From assembly GCA_048938005.1 (NCBI GenBank), contig JBHLMQ010000004.1, positions 2,447 to 66,446 on the forward strand: DNA of 64,000 nucleotides. The letters are read 5' to 3'. Below are positions 59,169 to 64,000 of this stretch, one piece after another. The notes under the pieces are model-generated. The model was given only the letters and a program-made list of their open reading frames with translations. It made no database searches and was not told where the DNA came from. Origin of the DNA: Promethearchaeota archaeon. Lineage in GTDB: Archaea; Asgardarchaeota; Lokiarchaeia; Sigyniarchaeales; SOKP01. Positions within the stretch are counted from its first letter, which is position 1, and each line of letters opens with the position of its first letter. A program made the translations under genes and the position numbers.

Positions 59169-59327
59169 ATTTAAGGTTATATTTTTTTCTTTTTTTCCCA
59201 CTACAGGATTGACGTCAATATTATAAGACATCTTAAACGTTTCTATCTCAAACAATGGACTACAAATTATTCAATAATATCTAATAAATAATTATAATTA
59301 ACAATAAAAAGGATGTAATTTAAAGAA

Positions 59328-60143
59328 ATGGTAACAAAATCAAAGAAATATGATTCTATGAGTCCTAAAGATATTTTAGATCCTGATAATGGTTATGCAA
59401 TAGAAGTTAAAGAATTAAAAAAATATTTCAAAGGTAAATATGAAACTGTTAAGGCTGTAGATGGCATTTCTTTCCAAGTAAAGCAAGGTGAACTATTTGG
59501 TTTCTTAGGGCCTAATGGCGCAGGTAAAACTACAACAATAAATATAATTAGTGGATTATTAAAACCAACCGAAGGAACTGCTATTGTAGGGGGATATGAT
59601 GTTTTAAAAAATCTTAATAAAGTTAAAGAGCTAATAGGAATTTGTCCCCAAGAACCGGCACTTTTTAAATTTCTCAATGCAAAAGAAAATATTGAACTTT
59701 TTGGAAATCTATACTCAATGCAAAAGGAACAACTAAAAGAACGTACTCAAAATCTTTTAAAAAAGCTTGATTTAATAGAAGCCAGCAAAAGAAAAACAAA
59801 AGGGTATAGTGGGGGAATGATCAGGCGTTTAAATTTGATAATTGCTTTAATCAATGATCCACAGATTGCCTTTCTTGATGAACCAACAGTTGGAATGGAT
59901 CCAAGAGCTCGTCGATCAACATGGGAATTTATTGGAGCTCTTAAAAACACGAATAAAACAATAATTCTAACAACTCATTATATAGAAGAAGCAGAAGCAT
60001 TATGCGATAGAGTTGCTATAATTGATTATGGAAAGCTGATCGAACTTGGATCACCTCAAGAGTTAATGAACAAATATGAAGTGGAGAATTTAGAAAAAGT
60101 ATTTATGAAAATAACAGGCAGAAGAATTATGGAGGGGATGTAA
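59328..60143 (+). CDS. ABC-2 type exporter ATP-binding protein
   Basis: GPNGAGKT, YSGGM.RRL, LDEPT.G.D, TTHY. Confidence 0.93.
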   Translation: MVTKSKKYDSMSPKDILDPDNGYAIEVKELKKYFKGKYETVKAVDGISFQVKQGELFGFLGPNGAGKTTTINIISGLLKPTEGTAIVGGYDVLKNLNKVKELIGICPQEPALFKFLNAKENIELFGNLYSMQKEQLKERTQNLLKKLDLIEASKRKTKGYSGGMIRRLNLIIALINDPQIAFLDEPTVGMDPRARRSTWEFIGALKNTNKTIILTTHYIEEAEALCDRVAIIDYGKLIELGSPQELMNKYEVENLEKVFMKITGRRIMEGM

Positions 60144-60144
60144 A

Positions 60145-60885
60145 GTGCAAACACAAAGAATTGTAGCTCTTATAAAAATGGAACTTAAGAAGTTAATCAG
60201 AGAACCAGCTCATTTATTTTTAATGCTATTATTCCCAGCAGTTCTCACATTGACATTTGGATTAGCTTTTAGTGATCCCGCACTTGGTATGTCCTTTGAT
60301 TCAATGGTTCCTGGTCTATTTGCTTATGCTTGTATTTTCATCATAATGACAATAGCCCAATCTTTTACAGATGATCGAGCAGCAGGGCTTTTAAAAAGAA
60401 TGAATACAACCCCAATGACTTCGGGTGAATTTATGGGGAGTCATATAATATCCAATATGACAATTGCCACATTGCAAGTTTTAATAGTTTTTATACTATC
60501 TCTCTTAATGGGTTTTAATCCTAATACTAACCCTGCTGGAGTATTATTGGCATTTCTTATTATAGCATTGCTTTCCTTAAGTTCGGTTGGATTAGGACTT
60601 ATAACGGCTTCTATTGCAAAGAATTCTGGAACTGCTACTGGATTATCATTTATATTTATTCTTCCTCAGATGTTTTTTGGCACTTTTATTCCAATAACTA
60701 ATTCCACTCGACTAATAGCTATGTTTCTTCCAAGTTATTATGCGACAGATGCTTTAAAATCAATTTTTAATGGAGATTTCTTACTCAATGCAAATATTTT
60801 AATCGACTTTGCTTTCGTTTCTATAGTAAGTATAGTAATTGTAATAATTGGTATACAATTGTTCAAAAAATTCGGAAATAAGTAG
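60145..60885 (+). CDS. ABC-2 type exporter permease
   Basis: Six TM helices, G.LKR..TTP, PQMFF.G, P..YA.D. Confidence 0.9.
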   Translation: MQTQRIVALIKMELKKLIREPAHLFLMLLFPAVLTLTFGLAFSDPALGMSFDSMVPGLFAYACIFIIMTIAQSFTDDRAAGLLKRMNTTPMTSGEFMGSHIISNMTIATLQVLIVFILSLLMGFNPNTNPAGVLLAFLIIALLSLSSVGLGLITASIAKNSGTATGLSFIFILPQMFFGTFIPITNSTRLIAMFLPSYYATDALKSIFNGDFLLNANILIDFAFVSIVSIVIVIIGIQLFKKFGNK

Positions 60886-60942
60886 AGAAGTTAATAAGTT
60901 TTTAATCTTTTTTTTTTATTTTTAAGAATGTTCAAATATTTT

Positions 60943-61938
60943 TTATTGAGCAATATTTATTGAGCTCTTTTTCTTATAATAAATGATTAAGTAGAACGCG
61001 GAAGACATCAAAACAACAGACGCAACAATACCTAAAATTGCCGCTCCATATTCATTTGTAATCCAACTGAATAAAGGTACCCATGCAGATACTAAATTCT
61101 CTAACCAATGTTCACCATTTTGATCAATTAAAACTCTTTCAAGTCCATCTGGGTCATTTGAAAGAAAACCTATAGTAAATCCTACTGAAAGCATAAATAT
61201 TAATGCTCCTATAATTACAAATACTGAAATAATTGGTCTTTTATACTTTTTGATGTAGAATTCTTGTCTTTTACCCATTATTATTGATTCTGTTGCAATA
61301 AAATCTGGTTTTACTCTATATATATAGAATATAATTAAAGCAGAGATAATAGCTTCACCAATACCTATTAGAAGGTGCCAATAAACCATAGCAGGAATAG
61401 CAATTTCAATTGGAATTGCTCCAGCAATACTGATTTCAATCCCACAGATAAAAGATGCTAACACAATAGAGATATAAGCGCCAATACCTGTAGCGATTGT
61501 AAATTTCACTTCTTTCTTAAGAGATGTTTTATTTAAGATTTTTGTTATAAGTATTACTATATAAAATCCAACCATTCCACCAATTATTCCCATATTGAAA
61601 GTATTTGCTCCTAGAGCTAAAAGCCCTCCATCTCCGAATAAACTTTGCACAACCAAAACTAAAAAGAGAATAATAACCGATGCCCATGGACCTAATATAA
61701 CTGCGATTAGTGTTCCTCCAATTAAATGACCCGAAGTTCCTCCAGGGACGGGATAATTTACAAATTGAAAAGCAAAAATAACTGCAGCCAAAACTCCAAT
61801 ATATGGAATTAATTTATCAGAATCTTCTTTTTCAAAAACTTTTCCCATCTTAAAATATCCAAGAATCATAACAACTATGACTAAAAGCCAAAGGATAATT
61901 ATAGTAGCCGAATCTAATAAGCCATCTGGTATATGCAT
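60943..61938 (-). CDS. cbiM: Co/Ni ECF S component CbiM/NikM fused to a PDGLE (NikN) domain
   Basis: MHIPDG N-terminus, GTSGH..GG, GDGG..ALG.N, H.LIG.GE, DPDGLE. Confidence 0.92.
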   Translation of the reverse strand: MHIPDGLLDSATIIILWLLVIVVMILGYFKMGKVFEKEDSDKLIPYIGVLAAVIFAFQFVNYPVPGGTSGHLIGGTLIAVILGPWASVIILFLVLVVQSLFGDGGLLALGANTFNMGIIGGMVGFYIVILITKILNKTSLKKEVKFTIATGIGAYISIVLASFICGIEISIAGAIPIEIAIPAMVYWHLLIGIGEAIISALIIFYIYRVKPDFIATESIIMGKRQEFYIKKYKRPIISVFVIIGALIFMLSVGFTIGFLSNDPDGLERVLIDQNGEHWLENLVSAWVPLFSWITNEYGAAILGIVASVVLMSSAFYLIIYYKKKSSINIAQ

Positions 61939-62091
61939 TTTTAAAATATAGTGGTTAATTTTAATTGTAATGAAGAATTAAAATGTTACTATATTATAAT
62001 TGAGTATGAAAAGATATAAGTATTACTTTTTTAAAAATAAATATGAATTATTTAAAATGGTTTTTTTAAACCTCTTACAGCTGAATAAATT

Positions 62092-62895
62092 TTGAAAACA
62101 ACTTTACCTTTTAGGTTTGAAAGTGAAAAACTTTATTTAAAAAAGATTCACCCCTTAATTCGACTAATTTTGCCATTTATTCTAGTCATCCCTCTTTTAA
62201 TTATAGAAGATTTTTATCTAATATTTACAATTTTATTGTTTACTTTTATCTTTGATTTAATATTTCGGTTGAGCATCATAAAAATACTATTAAGATTGAA
62301 AATAGTAATCCCTTTTGTTTTTTTAATAACAATATTCATTCCATTATACGTAGGGGAGACTGTATTTTGTAGTTTCAATATTGGAATTAAAATAATAATT
62401 TATCGAGAAGGATTATCTTTAGCTTCTCTTATTTTTTTAAGAATTTTTGGAGCATTATTTATTTTTATGTCATTTTTATCTAGTTTAACTTATTCAGAAT
62501 TTATAGAAGCCTTAACTAAATTAAGAATACCATCAGTGTTAGTAGGCTCTTTGATAATAATGCTACATTATATCCCAATTTTAGCAGGGTCTAACAAAAA
62601 AATATTAGAAGCACAAGAAATGAGGGGTAAAAAAATTACATCATATTGGCAAAAATTAAAAACCCACGCGTATATCATGGGAAAGAGCCTCGTAATGAAT
62701 ATGGAAAGAAGTGAAAGACTATATGAAAGCTTAAAAATGCGTGGTTTTTCCGGTAAAATTACATTTGCTCCGAGAAAATTAAAAATTACAGATGTAGGAT
62801 TACTGATCCTATTTTCTTTAACAATAATTTGTTTTATTTTCATAATTAACTTACAATCGATTTATCAATGGGTGTTTGCATTATTTTTGCCGTAG
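62092..62895 (+). CDS. cbiQ: ECF transmembrane T component
   Basis: HP..R, L..LRIP, AQ.MRG, ER.ER.Y.S...RGF.G. Confidence 0.88.
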   Translation: MKTTLPFRFESEKLYLKKIHPLIRLILPFILVIPLLIIEDFYLIFTILLFTFIFDLIFRLSIIKILLRLKIVIPFVFLITIFIPLYVGETVFCSFNIGIKIIIYREGLSLASLIFLRIFGALFIFMSFLSSLTYSEFIEALTKLRIPSVLVGSLIIMLHYIPILAGSNKKILEAQEMRGKKITSYWQKLKTHAYIMGKSLVMNMERSERLYESLKMRGFSGKITFAPRKLKITDVGLLILFSLTIICFIFIINLQSIYQWVFALFLP

Positions 62896-63641
62896 AAGTT
62901 GAAAATTTGAAGTTCAATTACAATTCAGGATTTAAAATAGAAGATATATCTTTTAAAATAGAGGAAAATACAATAAATGCTTTAACTGGGAATAATGGCT
63001 CTGGAAAAACGACATTACTAAGATTATTAGTTGGACTATTAAAGCCAATATCAGGTACAATAAAGATTTTCAATAAAACTCTTACGAGAGATAAACATAA
63101 ATTATGGGAGATTAGAAAATCAATTGGTTTTTTATTCCAAAATCCAGATGATCAATTATTTGCTCCTACTATTGAAGAAGATATCAGTTTTGGAGCTAGG
63201 AATTTAAAGTTGGATGAAGAAGAAGTGAAAGAAAGAGTTAATTGGGCTTTAAAAGCAGTCGATTTATTAGATTTTAAAGAATATTCACCACTAAACCTTT
63301 CTTGGGGTCAAAGAAAGAGAGCTGCCTTAGCTGGATTGCTAGTAATGAAACCCAAATTGTTGATTTTAGATGAACCTTTTGCAAATCTTGATTTTAAATC
63401 AATTTACAATCACCTTAAAATTCTGGAAAAATTAAGAAAAGAAAATGATATTACGATTTTCTTTACAACCCATAATCTATTTTTTGTTGAACATTGGGCT
63501 AAAGATAAAATGATATTTTTGGATAATGGAAAAATTGTCTTTGAAGGCACTCCTAGGCAAGGATTAAATGATTCTAATGTTAGGGAATTACTAGGTTCAT
63601 ATAAGGATATACTATCATTAATAAAAAAGAGTAATATCTAA
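62868..63641 (+). CDS. cbiO: ECF ATP-binding A component
   Basis: GNNGSGKT, FQNPDDQLF, LSWGQRKR, LDEP. Confidence 0.92.
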   Translation: MGVCIIFAVEVENLKFNYNSGFKIEDISFKIEENTINALTGNNGSGKTTLLRLLVGLLKPISGTIKIFNKTLTRDKHKLWEIRKSIGFLFQNPDDQLFAPTIEEDISFGARNLKLDEEEVKERVNWALKAVDLLDFKEYSPLNLSWGQRKRAALAGLLVMKPKLLILDEPFANLDFKSIYNHLKILEKLRKENDITIFFTTHNLFFVEHWAKDKMIFLDNGKIVFEGTPRQGLNDSNVRELLGSYKDILSLIKKSNI

Positions 63642-63721
63642 AATCTAACAACTCGCTTTCTAATAAAATAAGTTTAAATTTATTAAATTTATACTTTAAT
63701 AAAATTTAATCTAACTATTTC

Positions 63722-64000
63722 ATGCATCTAGTAATTACTTACTTTCATCAAATTAAAGGTCCAAGTGTATAACTGTCGTATCCTGATGAAAAATTAGAAA
63801 AAGATCTTATAAGTAAATTAATGAAGTTTTTTGATTTAGAAATTGATGAAACATTCTTTGAAATCGTACTTATCACTAAAAAGAAGAAAATAATAAATTT
63901 TCAGTTTGAAAACGAATCCGAATGAGCACGAGGGAATGAAGAGTTTGCTATGCTTTCTCTTATAATCAAAAAAGAATATGAAAGTGAACAATTTTATGCA
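63722..64000 (+). pseudogene. Disrupted longin/uDENN-like gene running off the window end
   Basis: One frame reads MHLVITYFHQIKGPSV*LSYP...FENESE*ARGNEEFAMLSLII with stops at 63770 (TAA) and 63923 (TGA). Confidence 0.6.

Noticed and set aside
62868-62885. Possible ATT start for cbiO behind GGGTG
   Set aside because: An in-frame ATG exists 12 nt upstream, so the case is ambiguous and was not counted.
63923-63925. TGA at a Trp position as evidence for a reassigned genetic code
   Set aside because: The same frame also has a TAA, intact genes use TGG for Trp, and several genes end in TGA (e.g. 2862, 52157, 54257, 56938).
1-64000. CRISPR arrays, tRNA/rRNA genes, transposases, integrases
   Set aside because: No regularly spaced repeats, no GC-rich RNA-gene-like stretch and no recombinase motifs were seen by eye.

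Overview
Very AT-rich, gene-dense archaeal DNA, most likely from an Asgard archaeon (Lokiarchaeia-like). This is inferred from rps26e, archaeal D-aminoacyl-tRNA deacylase, TrmY, CdhE, and longin/roadblock and SNAP-like TPR proteins. The region from about 2.3 to 37 kb is a large redox, oxidative-stress and sulfur-trafficking island. It holds four Cys-tailed Lrp/AsnC regulators, TrxB with two PDOs, FTR with glutaredoxins, Isf, a CooS-V-like protein, NADH:rubredoxin oxidoreductase, two rubredoxins, FprA, SOR, rubrerythrin, CoADR-rhodanese-TusA, two CCG proteins, and TusA-IscS-IscU. The right part is mixed housekeeping, transport and Asgard-type unknown genes. There are three main hunt results. 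(1) At least six genes seem to start at ATT/ATC codons placed at normal distance behind a Shine-Dalgarno motif; two of them have an in-frame stop just upstream that excludes any earlier start. (2) Two intergenic elements share the same fold-back architecture behind a TATA box and are candidate small RNAs. (3) There are several unusual fusions: IscU plus a degenerate TrxB NADPH domain, longin plus two roadblock domains, a cytochrome-b-like membrane domain plus V4R, and GAF-Lrp. No rRNA, tRNA, CRISPR array or transposase was seen. All product calls come from motif recognition by eye; no searches were run.
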